Made by a program: the position numbers and the translations under genes. From the NCBI GenBank assembly GCA_963827655.1, contig CAWHCF010000020.1:160001-224000 (forward strand): DNA of 64,000 bases. The letters are read 5' to 3'. Below the pieces are notes generated by a model. The model worked only from the letters and a program-made list of their open reading frames with translations, made no database searches and was not told the origin of the DNA. The DNA is from an uncultured Acidobacteriota bacterium. GTDB taxonomy: Bacteria > Acidobacteriota > UBA6911. The stretch's first letter is position 1; each line of letters starts with the position of its first letter. Below are positions 33,471 to 43,352 of the stretch, one piece after another.

Positions 33471-33611
33471 ATGAATACGATGAACTACCTGTTTGCAGCC
33501 TTCGTCGCTGTCTGGCTAATTCTTGCGGTCTACCTGTACTCGATCCATTCTCGCGAGAAGAAGCTGCGCCAGGACGTGCAGCGCCTCAAGGAGACGCTCG
33601 GAAAGAGGTAG
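33471..33611 (+). CDS. ccmD: CcmD family protein (46 aa, below the ORF-track cutoff)
   Basis: MNTMNYLFAAFVAVWLILAVYLYSIHSREKKLRQDVQRLKETLGKR*; TM helix plus charged tail directly after ccmC. Confidence 0.85.
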   Translation: MNTMNYLFAAFVAVWLILAVYLYSIHSREKKLRQDVQRLKETLGKR

Positions 33612-34597
33612 TGGCGCGGTCTATGAGAGCCAGGTATCTGAAACTCGGTCTTCTTGCAGGAGGAATAACAGGTCTCCTGTATTTCACCGGCGGGCTGGTC
33701 GCCGCGTGGATGCTGGTGCGCCCGGGCAGTCGCCGAAACTACGACTGCATCCCCCGGATGCGATACGGCAGGCTCGAACCCTTGACGCTGCTCGCCTCCG
33801 ACGGCGTGCGACTTCACGCCTGGGCGCTTCTGTCGCGTGACGCGCCCCCCGACCACTGGGTATTGCTGTTGCACGGCTATCGCTCGGATCGCTCTGCTTT
33901 ACAGCTTCGAGCCCGCTTCTTTTCGCGCCGGGGATTCAATGTTCTGTTGCTTCACTTCCGCGGTCACGGAGGCAGCGATCGCGCGAGAATATCGTATGGT
34001 TACCACGAACGCCGGGATGTTGCGGCTGCTTTTGAATTCATTCGTTCGCTGCGGCCCGGGCATCGAGCGCGCATCGGAATTAATGGAATTTCGATGGGAG
34101 CGGCGGCGGCGGCTTACGCCGTGGGCGGCGGGGAAATCGATCCGGAATGGATGATTCTGGAGTCGTGCTACGACAATATCCGGCATGCGCTGGCCAACCG
34201 GTTGGCCCGGCGCGTCGGATACTCTCTGACGCCCTTTCTCGCCTGGCCGGTAGAGCTCGTGGTCGAGCAGTTGGTCCGGTTGCGGGCCAAAGATCTCGAT
34301 CCGGCCAAGGCGCTCGAGAATGCGCGCTGCCCGGTTCTGTTGATGGCCGGCGACTCCGAGCGTGTCTTGAAGATGGTCGAGATCGAATATCTTTTCGGCT
34401 GTATTCCCGAGCCCAAGCGCCTCGTCGTCTTTCCCGGCGCCGGCCACGAGGATCTCCTCGCATTGAATCCCAGACGCTACGCGAGGGAGGTCTCGAAATT
34501 CTTGCGAGAATTCGCGCCTTATCATCGCCAACCGGAAACCTCGGAAGGCGACTTGCCCGAGCTGGTCCCACTTCCCGCTGTGAACGGGCAAATTTAA
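33611..34597 (+). CDS. Alpha/beta-fold hydrolase
   Basis: LLHGY, GISMG nucleophile elbow and GAGH; N-terminal anchor. Confidence 0.88.
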   Translation: MARSMRARYLKLGLLAGGITGLLYFTGGLVAAWMLVRPGSRRNYDCIPRMRYGRLEPLTLLASDGVRLHAWALLSRDAPPDHWVLLLHGYRSDRSALQLRARFFSRRGFNVLLLHFRGHGGSDRARISYGYHERRDVAAAFEFIRSLRPGHRARIGINGISMGAAAAAYAVGGGEIDPEWMILESCYDNIRHALANRLARRVGYSLTPFLAWPVELVVEQLVRLRAKDLDPAKALENARCPVLLMAGDSERVLKMVEIEYLFGCIPEPKRLVVFPGAGHEDLLALNPRRYAREVSKFLREFAPYHRQPETSEGDLPELVPLPAVNGQI

Positions 34598-34604
34598 GCC
34601 CTTA

Positions 34605-34636
34605 GCGTTTCTTCGAGTCTTCGTGCCTTGGTGGTT
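34605..34636. repeat. 8-nt-period repeat arm, inverted partner of 35448-35479
   Basis: gcgtttcttcgagtcttcgtgccttggtggtt. Confidence 0.8.
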
Positions 34637-34659
34637 GGATTTTGTCCAGCAGCAAGGGC

Positions 34660-35300
34660 TCAGGGTTGGGTGAGAATCTGCTCGAGGCAACTTGGCGCCG
34701 GCGGCAGGGCTTTCTGCCAGAGCCATGAGGTGTCAATCCAGAAGCCGGGAACAGCGTGGCTTTTCACTCTTCCTTGTGAAAAAGGAGCCGGCTGATAGTC
34801 GCTCGAAAGAAGATGTTGGAAGAGACATTCCTTTTCCATGTCCACTGCCCAGTATTCCTCAACAAGGTGTTCGTGATAACTTGTGGCCTTGATCCTCAGG
34901 TCATAGCCACGACTTCCCCTGGAAACAATTTCAACAATGAGGGCCGGACTGCCGGAAAAGTATTCCGCTTCAAGGTGTGATCGCTGCTCGGATCGAACAA
35001 AGAAGAGTCGGGTTCGTAAAGGAGGCCCGGCCGCAATCGAACAACCGCTGGTCCATTGAGCGTAGTTCCCAGACTACGTGTTTCTCCATAACCTCGAAGT
35101 AGAAAGGTCAAGAACCGGTAACCTGCTGGTGTCAATCCGGCGGGAGAGTGCACAATGATCTCTCCGTCTTCGAACTCAACGATTCGCGTCTCGGGCGCTT
35201 CACGAAAGTAACGTTCTTCGCTCCACCCGCCTATTCTTATCAGGTAAGGTTCCTGGACTTCTTCTCCCTCGACGGTAAGTAATCGGAGTGACAGACTCAT
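34660..35300 (-). pseudogene. Uma2 family putative endonuclease (several frameshifts)
   Basis: EFEDGEIIVHSPA, YEPD and SHAVPGFWID motifs across frames. Confidence 0.8.
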
Positions 35301-35447
35301 TTTCCTGCTTATCCTTATGGAGGATATTCTATCACAGCGCAAGAATTGCTGAGGATCGGTGCCGCCTGGAAAGAGCAGACATCGCGCTCGAGCGGACGGA
35401 CGGAAGCGTTGGTTAAGCGGTTCGCTTTCAGGCGCGAGCGGCGACCT

Positions 35448-35479
35448 GACCACGAAGACTCAAAGACACCAAGAAACGC
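35448..35479. repeat. 8-nt-period repeat arm
   Basis: gaccacgaagactcaaagacaccaagaaacgc. Confidence 0.8.
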
Positions 35480-35516
35480 GAAGCATATAATGCTCCGGAA
35501 TCGACAGGAGTTATTC

Positions 35517-37610
35517 ATGAAGCGACTGGTCTTTCTATTTTTCTCTTTCGTTTTAGTTCTGGCGGGGCAGTCCTGCACGTCGACCCGGGAGACAACGCCC
35601 AGGACTCAGGAGCCGTGGATGAAGGAATCGATCAAAAAAGTCGAAAGCGAGCTGGTATCGAAATTTGGCGCAGGAGTGGGGGCGCGCCTCAAGCGAGGCC
35701 TGAATCAGGTTGCCGGCTTCTGGCGTCCCCAGGACGGGGAGGCGGCAGTTTTTGAAGAATTCGTTCGGGCCCATTTTGCCGGCGATCCGATGACGCTCGA
35801 CGAGTTGTTCAAGCGGATGGAATTTGCGCTGGAATCGCTCGACGGGCACATGCTCGAGATCAGCCGCGATTTCCGGATGCGCTCCGATCTCGACCTTGGA
35901 CCGATTTATCCCTTCGACGAAATTCTGGCGGGGTACGATCCCTCGGCCCACGCGCTCGACGATTTTTTCGGCAACAAGCTTGCGTTCGCGGTGCTGCTCA
36001 ACTTTCCCGTTACGACGCTTGAGCAACGCCTCGTGGAGGGAGAGAAGTGGACGCGGCGGCAGTGGGCCGAAGCCCGATTGGCGCAGAGATTCTCGAAACG
36101 AATCCCAGCCGAGGTGAATCTTGAGATCGCGAAGGTGAGCGCGGAAGCGGACCGATACATCGCCGAGTACAACATCTGGATGCACCACCTGCTGGACCAG
36201 AAGGGCGAACGGCTTTTCCCGCCCAAACTTCGCCTCCTTTCGCATTGGAACCTGCGAGATGAGATCAAGGCGGACTACAGCGACGCCGGCCATGGGCTGG
36301 CAAAGCAACGAATGATTCAGCAGGTGATGGAACGCATCGTCACGCAAACAATTCCGGCGGCAGTCGTCAATAATCCCGCCGTCGACTGGAATCCATATTC
36401 CAACGAGGTCAAACCGGCGGCGGTGAAGGACTCAGAAAATCAGGCTTCGGCCGATGCCAGGGCCTCCAGCGATCCCGAGCCCGACACGCGCTATGCCACA
36501 CTATTCAAGACTTTTCAGGCAGCCCGGAAAGTCGATCCCTATTCCCCGACGGCGCCAACTCTGATCGCGCGACGGTTCGATGAGAACCGTGAGATTCCGG
36601 AGAATCGCGTCAAAGCAATGTTCGAGCAGGTGCTTTCTTCTCCCCTGGTGCCGCAAGTCGCAAAATTGATCGAGAAGAGGCTGGGGCGCCCGCTCGAGCC
36701 CTTCGACATCTGGTACAACGGCTTCCGTCCCCGCGGGGCTTACACGGAGGCGCAACTGGATGAGATCGTGGCCAAGAAGTATCCCACCGCGGAGGCCTAC
36801 AGGGCGGATATCCCGAATCTCTTGATGCAGCTTGGCTTCAGCAAGGAGCGCGCCCGGTATCTTGCGGACAACATCATGGTGGACCCGGCTCGCGGATCGG
36901 GGCATGCGATGGGCGCGGCCCGCCGTGGAGACAAGGCGCATCTGCGGACGCGGGTCGAGAAGAGCGGAATGAACTACAAGGGCTTCAACATCGCGGTGCA
37001 CGAGATGGGCCACAACGTCGAGCAAACATTTTCGCTCAACGATATCGACCACACGCTACTGCAGGGAGTGCCCAATACCGCCTTCACCGAAGCGCTGGCC
37101 TTTGTCTTCCAGAATCGCGATCTCGAGCTGCTTGGTCTTACCAAGCCCGATGCCAGGAGCCATGCGCTGAAGACACTCAACGACTTTTGGGCAACCTATG
37201 AAATTGCAGGCGTCGCGCTGGTTGACATGGGAGTGTGGCACTGGATGTACGATCATCCGGATGCGACTCCTGCTCAGCTGCGGGATGCCACGCTGCAGAT
37301 CGCGAAGGAGATCTGGAACAAGTACTACGCGCCGGTTTTTCAGAAGCGCGATGTGCCCCTGCTTGCGATTTATTCGCACATGATCGATTCCTATCTCTAT
37401 CTACCCGACTACCCTCTGGGTCACCTGATTGCCTTTCAAATCGAACAGCAGATGGAGAAGAGCGGGAGTATCGGTTCGGAGTTCGAGCGCATGGCGAAGC
37501 AAGGAAGTATTGCGCCGGACCTCTGGATGAAAGGCGCCACTGGCCGGCCCGTGGGCCCCGAAGCCCTCCTCGAGGCGGCCAGAGCCGCGCTCGAACAAGC
37601 CGACCGCTAA
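35517..37610 (+). CDS. Probable lipoprotein, gluzincin-type Zn metallopeptidase-like
   Basis: RBS caggag; leader ending LAGQSC; IAVHEMGH with downstream FTEALAF. Confidence 0.65.
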   Translation: MKRLVFLFFSFVLVLAGQSCTSTRETTPRTQEPWMKESIKKVESELVSKFGAGVGARLKRGLNQVAGFWRPQDGEAAVFEEFVRAHFAGDPMTLDELFKRMEFALESLDGHMLEISRDFRMRSDLDLGPIYPFDEILAGYDPSAHALDDFFGNKLAFAVLLNFPVTTLEQRLVEGEKWTRRQWAEARLAQRFSKRIPAEVNLEIAKVSAEADRYIAEYNIWMHHLLDQKGERLFPPKLRLLSHWNLRDEIKADYSDAGHGLAKQRMIQQVMERIVTQTIPAAVVNNPAVDWNPYSNEVKPAAVKDSENQASADARASSDPEPDTRYATLFKTFQAARKVDPYSPTAPTLIARRFDENREIPENRVKAMFEQVLSSPLVPQVAKLIEKRLGRPLEPFDIWYNGFRPRGAYTEAQLDEIVAKKYPTAEAYRADIPNLLMQLGFSKERARYLADNIMVDPARGSGHAMGAARRGDKAHLRTRVEKSGMNYKGFNIAVHEMGHNVEQTFSLNDIDHTLLQGVPNTAFTEALAFVFQNRDLELLGLTKPDARSHALKTLNDFWATYEIAGVALVDMGVWHWMYDHPDATPAQLRDATLQIAKEIWNKYYAPVFQKRDVPLLAIYSHMIDSYLYLPDYPLGHLIAFQIEQQMEKSGSIGSEFERMAKQGSIAPDLWMKGATGRPVGPEALLEAARAALEQADR

Positions 37611-37742
37611 GGCTCGCGCGAAGGAACTTCACTCTGGCGCGAAAGCGGCGGTCAATCAGAACCGGTTTCTGTTCGTAGCACGCTGAGGATCGCGCTTCTG
37701 CGCGATCCCGCGCGTTTCTTGCGTTTTAGCGTCTTCGTGGTT
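37608..37742. repeat. Truncated copy of the 24203 MITE (37608-37708) abutting an 8-nt-period repeat arm (37712-37742)
   Basis: Shares gtcaatca..gaacc and agcacgctgaggatcgcgc with 24250-24300. Confidence 0.7.
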
Positions 37743-37801
37743 GGGACAAGTCTCGTGATAGGATGCGCTCGCTCTTGTACAACCAAAGGAGGTCTGATTC
37801 C

Positions 37802-38719
37802 ATGTTCTCGAGTGTGATCCGTTCGATTCTGTGCCTGGCCGCATTGCCGATACTCGCGGGCGCGCAGGGGTTGTGGGCGCCGAAGGGAAAGCCTGCGCAG
37901 TATACGGCCCCACACAAGCCTCATACCAAGCTCGCCGATCTCAAGGCCAAGCATGCCGGCAAGCAGGAATGGCGCGAGCTGATCGTGGATGACGAGCATC
38001 TGCGCAGCGAATACGTCCTGGTGAAGCCTGGAACGAAGACGCCGCGGGCCCTGCACCCGGATACGCGCACCTGGTGGGTAGTGATGGAAGGGGAGGTGCG
38101 CTTCGATATCGAGACGGTGGAGCCATTCGTTGCCAGGAAAGGATCCATGGTGCAGGCTCCGATGGCGACGTTCTTCTCCTATGAAGTGATCGGCGATAAG
38201 CCGGCGCTGATCTTCGAGACCAACGTCGCAGGGGTGAAGACGTTATACGAGTCCCAGGCAACTGCGCCGAAACTGCCGGGAATCGACTGGATCCGGGTGA
38301 AGTTTGACCGGAAGCCCGGCGCCTTCGGCCGAAACAATAAAGCTCACGTGACGTTTGCGGAGGTGGCGAAACAGCTCGAAGAGGGACGGATCAAGGGGAC
38401 CCAGAGGATCGTCGAGGATGATCGTGGCGCCGCCAATTTCATTTATGGATACGAGAAGCAGTTGCCGCCCATCAATCCGAAGGATCTCGGCCACTACCAT
38501 CCGGAATGCGCCGAGTACTGGCTGATCATGGCGGGGCAGATCCGGTATCCCATAGAAAAGGTGGGCGTGATTATCGCGAATGAGGGCGACGTGGTCTATG
38601 TGCCCCGGTTCACCTTCCACTTACCGCGATGGTACGGGCCCGGGCCGTCTTGCCGGCTGGCGATGAACGGATACCCCTACATTTCGCACCTGTTCGAGGG
38701 CGAGCCGGAGGGCCGCTGA
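37802..38719 (+). CDS. Secreted two-domain cupin protein
   Basis: Signal peptide; LHPDTRTWWVVMEGEV and HYHPECAEYWLIMAGQI...EGDVVYVPRFTFH. Confidence 0.78.
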   Translation: MFSSVIRSILCLAALPILAGAQGLWAPKGKPAQYTAPHKPHTKLADLKAKHAGKQEWRELIVDDEHLRSEYVLVKPGTKTPRALHPDTRTWWVVMEGEVRFDIETVEPFVARKGSMVQAPMATFFSYEVIGDKPALIFETNVAGVKTLYESQATAPKLPGIDWIRVKFDRKPGAFGRNNKAHVTFAEVAKQLEEGRIKGTQRIVEDDRGAANFIYGYEKQLPPINPKDLGHYHPECAEYWLIMAGQIRYPIEKVGVIIANEGDVVYVPRFTFHLPRWYGPGPSCRLAMNGYPYISHLFEGEPEGR

Positions 38720-38825
38720 GCTTAATTCGGTGACCGGCTCCAAATTGCTGGGCAAAAACACCAGTCTTCATTGTCCACTGGACCGAATGTGACGGGCAGG
38801 TGGTCAAGCGTCCAGCAACGGAGCC

Positions 38826-39596
38826 CTACAGGCGCGATACCGTCAGGCCGCCATCGACCAGAATCACCTGGCCGGTCGAATAAGGAAGATCGCCGCGCGC
38901 GAGCACGGCAACCGCCCTTCCCACATCTTGCGGCGTGCCCCAGCGCCTCTGCAACAGGAGGCCCTGCTCGATCAGCGCGTCATACTTCGCGCGGACGCCG
39001 GCCGTCATGTCGGTCTCGATGATCCCGGGCCGCACCTCGTAAACCGGGATTTCGAACTCAGCCAGCCGGGTGGCCCAGAGCGAGCTGGCCATGGCAATCG
39101 CTGCCTTCGAGATGCAGTACTCCCCCCGATTGACCGACGCCACTGTCGCGGAGATCGACGAGATATTAATGATGCATCCGGAAAAGCCGCTCGACTCCCG
39201 TTTCTGTTCGATCATCCAGTTCGCGATTGCCTGCGTCAGGAAATAGGGTCCGACCGCGTTCACTCGAAAAACCCATTCGAAGCTTTCCTCGGAAGCCTCG
39301 AGAATATCTTTTCTTTCCCTGGGCGCGACGCCCGCGTTGTTGACCAGAACGTTAAGCCTGCCGAGGCGGGTTTTCACCTCCCGGACCATCAAGGATCTCG
39401 CCTCGCGATCGCCGACGTCAGCCTGGACATACACGACATAACCTCCGAAGCTTCGCAACTCCTGGAGGACTTTCTCCACCGCGGCTTTTTCGCGAACCCC
39501 GCAGATGGCGAGGTCGTATCCCTCCTGCGCCAGGCATTGCGAAATTCCCAGCCCGATTCCTCGAGCTCCACCGGTTATCAGCGCGGCTCGCTTCAT
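38826..39596 (-). CDS. Short-chain dehydrogenase/reductase
   Basis: TGGARGIG, NNAG and YCISK; ATGA overlap with the GH88 gene. Confidence 0.93.
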   Translation of the reverse strand: MKRAALITGGARGIGLGISQCLAQEGYDLAICGVREKAAVEKVLQELRSFGGYVVYVQADVGDREARSLMVREVKTRLGRLNVLVNNAGVAPRERKDILEASEESFEWVFRVNAVGPYFLTQAIANWMIEQKRESSGFSGCIINISSISATVASVNRGEYCISKAAIAMASSLWATRLAEFEIPVYEVRPGIIETDMTAGVRAKYDALIEQGLLLQRRWGTPQDVGRAVAVLARGDLPYSTGQVILVDGGLTVSRL

Positions 39597-40981
39597 AGCT
39601 CCCTTGCTTCGGTCCAGAAGGTCAAATAAGGATCTCCGCGATGGACTCGCTGCACATACAGAGCGAGCTCTCGCGCATGATAGTCCCCCCACATGCTCGA
39701 CTCTCCGCAAGGAACCTTCCGCCCCGGCGGCACATAATCCCAGCCATTGGGGCGGTGGTAGACAGAATGCAGGATCAGTCCCTGGTGGCTTTCCTCTGTA
39801 CTCAGGTAGGGTGGGGCCAGCAGCGTATCGAGGACTGTCATACCGGCCTGCCAGTTCCGCCGCCCTTCTTCGTCCAGTCCCTTGCTTTGCAGATAGCGTC
39901 CCAGACGAAGCAAACCCTGGGCGGCAATGGCCGCTGCGGAGCTGTCCACCGGCTCATGGTCGTTGTACGGGTCCGCGGGACGTTCGAGATGGCGCAGGCT
40001 GCCGGCGAGCATGGGCGCCGCAGTATCCCAGTAAGGAATGCCGTCGGTGGGAACGTTCTCGAGATAGAAATCGCAGGTGGCTCGAGCCGCCTTGAGCATG
40101 AATCCTTCCACGTCGTCTCGCCCGCCCATAGGCCTCAGGGCGTCATCATCGATGGTTTGGAGGAACTCCAGCTGCTCGGCGAAGCCGCACATGGCCCAGG
40201 CCAGCCCGCGAGTCCAGGTCGAAAAGGGTGAATAGCCCTGTTGTGAACCAGGGCAGCGGTAGTTGCCATCGTTAGTGTTGAAGATGCTTTCGTGCGCGAC
40301 GCGCCCGCGGACGTCGTAAGTGTCGCGTCCCTCGCCGTAATACACCGAATAGCGAGCGGTGCTCCAGGCGTGCTCGACCAGGCGCTGGAGCAGAGAAACC
40401 GGGCGGTCGTTTTCCTCCATCAGCGCGTGCCCGAGCCGGTGACTCACGGCCAGCGCTCTCAAGGAGCGCACGGTATCGACAAACAACGAGTGCGGGCCGT
40501 TGAAAGAGTAGATGTATCCTCCATCACGGATTGGCGTCCAGCGCCGAGCCTGAACCGCGCCCGAACATTTCAATGCCAGGGCGTAGAAGTGGTTTTCCCA
40601 CTCGTTCCATTCGATTCGGCCTTCACCCATCAGGCGGTGGAGGTTGCCGTAGGTGCTGATGTTGTTGAACCCGTGGTCATGCACTCCAAAGTGCGTGATG
40701 TGGGAAGCCATTCGTTCGACGATTCTCTTCCTGCCCAGCTCGAGGAACGTGCGATCGCCCGTCGCATCGAACTGTAGAAGCGCCGAACCGAACTGGAATC
40801 CCTCGGTCCACTCCGTCCAGCCGCGCGACCCATAGCGCCCGGCAGCCGTGAAAACCGGCGAGCCGTGGGATCGGTCCCAGGATTCTTCAATGGAGCGTAT
40901 CTTGACCGCAGAAAGGTCCCAGAGCCGGGCAATCTTCTTTTCCAGCCGTGGCGGATCCAGCGTGAAGTCGATCTTGAGCAT
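39593..40981 (-). CDS. Glycoside hydrolase family 88-like (unsaturated glucuronyl hydrolase-like)
   Basis: WTEGF, HDHGF, QGYS...WTRGLAWA, PYWD, DSSAAAIAA and WGDY. Confidence 0.8.
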   Translation of the reverse strand: MLKIDFTLDPPRLEKKIARLWDLSAVKIRSIEESWDRSHGSPVFTAAGRYGSRGWTEWTEGFQFGSALLQFDATGDRTFLELGRKRIVERMASHITHFGVHDHGFNNISTYGNLHRLMGEGRIEWNEWENHFYALALKCSGAVQARRWTPIRDGGYIYSFNGPHSLFVDTVRSLRALAVSHRLGHALMEENDRPVSLLQRLVEHAWSTARYSVYYGEGRDTYDVRGRVAHESIFNTNDGNYRCPGSQQGYSPFSTWTRGLAWAMCGFAEQLEFLQTIDDDALRPMGGRDDVEGFMLKAARATCDFYLENVPTDGIPYWDTAAPMLAGSLRHLERPADPYNDHEPVDSSAAAIAAQGLLRLGRYLQSKGLDEEGRRNWQAGMTVLDTLLAPPYLSTEESHQGLILHSVYHRPNGWDYVPPGRKVPCGESSMWGDYHARELALYVQRVHRGDPYLTFWTEAREL

Positions 40982-41034
40982 GGTTTAGCGCGCTTCCTCC
41001 GGGTTCACCGTAACCTGAGTCTTGATTTTTGCCG

Positions 41035-41988
41035 CTATCGCGAACCGGACGCCGTGAGCTGCCCGATGTAGAACTCCATGAAAGCGTCGCGCTTGGGCTC
41101 GAAGCAGACCGTAACCGGTTTTCCCCGCTGCGGGTCGATCCGCGTGTAGCCCTGGTCGTCGACGCGCAGCCGCAGATTCTCTGTCTTGGCGAAGAAGGTC
41201 CCGGGGCTTGCAGCTTCGGCCACCGCGAGCTGGTCGTGCAAGGTCATGCGCGAGGAGGGGCCGGACAACCACAGCCGGTAGAGCGCCTCCAGCGCGGTGG
41301 TGAGCGGAGACCGGTGTCTGCGCACGCGGTCGCGCTCGGTCTCCTGGAGCAGGACGCGCGTCGTCGCATCGAGGGGCACGATCGTGAGCGGCAGGCCGGC
41401 GGCATAGACGAGCTGGGCGTCAGCGGTCGAAGCCACCACGTTCCACTCCGGCTTCGGCTTTGACGGCTCGGTGGCCGTCCCGTAGATGCAGCCGCTCATC
41501 AAGACGACGCGCTTGCAGTACTCTCCGAGACGCGGCTCCTTGCGCAGCGCGTCGGCCACGTTCTGCAGCGGCCCGACTGCGATGAGGGTGACTTGACCGG
41601 GGTAGCGCTTGACCTGCTCGACGATGAAATCGGCTGCGGAGATCGGCACGGGGCGGACCGCCGTGAAGTCTTCGGCCCAGGAGAACTGATGATCGATCCG
41701 TCCCGCCGGAGTCGGCGTCTGCCGACCGACTGCCACCGGCAGGTTTCCCCGGCCTGTCTGGTGGAGCAGCTTGCACGCAATGCGGGCGCGAGCGGGCGTG
41801 TCGGCGTCGGTGATCGTAACGCCGAGCGGCTCGAAGCCGGCGTGCTGGATCACGAAGGCGAGCGCCCAGGCGTCGTCGATGTCGGTTCCCGGGTCGGTGT
41901 CGAGGATTATCTTCATGCGCTCCTGCGTCGAAGCCGACCGCGCCGGCACCGTCAAGGCGAGCACGATACAAATCACGAATCTCTTCAT
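41035..41988 (-). CDS. Inosine/uridine-preferring nucleoside hydrolase family protein with a signal peptide
   Basis: IILDTDPGTDIDD (DxDxxxDD), VGPLQN, EWN and LHD. Confidence 0.9.
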   Translation of the reverse strand: MKRFVICIVLALTVPARSASTQERMKIILDTDPGTDIDDAWALAFVIQHAGFEPLGVTITDADTPARARIACKLLHQTGRGNLPVAVGRQTPTPAGRIDHQFSWAEDFTAVRPVPISAADFIVEQVKRYPGQVTLIAVGPLQNVADALRKEPRLGEYCKRVVLMSGCIYGTATEPSKPKPEWNVVASTADAQLVYAAGLPLTIVPLDATTRVLLQETERDRVRRHRSPLTTALEALYRLWLSGPSSRMTLHDQLAVAEAASPGTFFAKTENLRLRVDDQGYTRIDPQRGKPVTVCFEPKRDAFMEFYIGQLTASGSR

Positions 41989-42273
41989 GGCAACGCCGAT
42001 TTTAACGCAGCGCGTCGTCGTTCGGAACGCCAGAAATGGACCAAGGGTGCTTGCGTCTGCCGAGCCGTCAGGTTCCGTTCGGGTCACGGCCGGCCAAGAA
42101 TTACCTGGGGGTTTTACCCCAGGAGCGAGTGTCGAATCGGCGGCTTACGGCACTAACTACTTCTAGATCGAGATGATACGCGTATCAGAAGTCAATGGCA
42201 CATGATTTGCCTGCTATGAGTTAAGTGAATTTGTGACTTAGGAAAGGTCAATGAAAACAGTCAGGAGACGGAA

Positions 42274-42462
42274 ATGATCTGGAATAGACGAAAATCAACG
42301 ATGTCCTTACTCGGCCAGCAGTGCGGCCGGCAATGGAGCTCCTGGGTTCATCGGAGCCAAAAGCTGTACTCCGAGCATCCCACGATGGTGAAGACTATGA
42401 GTGGTGTGGCGGTTAGCGTAGCGCTGGGGTTCTGGCTTCGTGCGTTTCTTCAGAACCGCTAG
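42274..42462 (+). CDS. Small hypothetical protein with a C-terminal hydrophobic helix
   Basis: RBS aggag; 62 aa; no recognised family. Confidence 0.35.
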   Translation: MIWNRRKSTMSLLGQQCGRQWSSWVHRSQKLYSEHPTMVKTMSGVAVSVALGFWLRAFLQNR

Positions 42463-42942
42463 CTTGTCTCAGGCATGAAGAAAAAACACCAGCGGGTCGC
42501 TCTTCCGCGCAGTCCTTTACAGACTCGGGGCGAGTGGAGGGCCACGCCCCTTCTTCGACTGCGACAAAACCGCGCACGTACACGGCGAATCAATCACACC
42601 GGCGCGCTGATTCCCATTTTGTAGAGCGTCCGGCCGTCGAGGCGATTCGAAGGCTACAAATCCGCCGTTGCTGGTGACCTGCACCGCATCAGGGCCCTCG
42701 GCGGGCCCTTCAATATCTGCTTGTCTCCTCTGGTACTGACGTGGAAGTAGCGTCAGAAGGCGGTCGTGGTCTGGCGCAGAGGCCTTCCGCCGCTCGCAGG
42801 CATTACATGAAGATGACGCTAAGCACGAACCGAGTTTGATTGCTCTAACGGGCTTTTCGTCCTCGGCTGGCTGTCTTGCGAAATGACAAACTCCGTTGCG
42901 GGTATGTTCTGACGGCCCAGTTCCGCTGCACAAACTTTCCGC

Positions 42943-42977
42943 TTGACATCGATATTATTTAGTACTAATTAATTAGC
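42943..42977 (+). promoter_or_regulatory. Sigma70-like promoter overlapped by palindromic putative BlaI operator; probably leaderless
   Basis: TTGACA at 42943-42948; palindromes ttagtactaa (42959-42968) and ctaattaattag (42965-42976) directly before the ATG; no SD. Confidence 0.6.
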
Positions 42978-43352
42978 ATGCGTCCTAAGAGCCGTACCCT
43001 GACCGAGCTGGAACTCGAGATCATGAAGATCGTGTGGCAAGTGAAGAGCGCCACCGTGCGCGACGTCTACGAAACTTTGCTCGAGCGGCGCAAGATCGCC
43101 TACACCACCGTCATGACGATGATGAGAATCCTTGAGCAAAAGCAGTATTTGAAGAGGAGGCTTGAAGAGCGCGCCTACGTGTACCAGGCGACGCGGTCCA
43201 GTAACAAGGTGATCAAAGGCATGGTGCGCGAATTCGTCAATCGTGTTTTTAACGGCTCGGCCCAGCCATTGCTGGCCCACCTGGTCGAGGACCGGCGTTT
43301 GTCGGAAAAGGACCTTAAGGAAATCACGCGCATGATTCGAGAAAAGGAATGA
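42978..43352 (+). CDS. BlaI/MecI/CopY family repressor
   Basis: LTELELEIMKIVW, AYTTVMT and FNGS. Confidence 0.93.
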   Translation: MRPKSRTLTELELEIMKIVWQVKSATVRDVYETLLERRKIAYTTVMTMMRILEQKQYLKRRLEERAYVYQATRSSNKVIKGMVREFVNRVFNGSAQPLLAHLVEDRRLSEKDLKEITRMIREKE

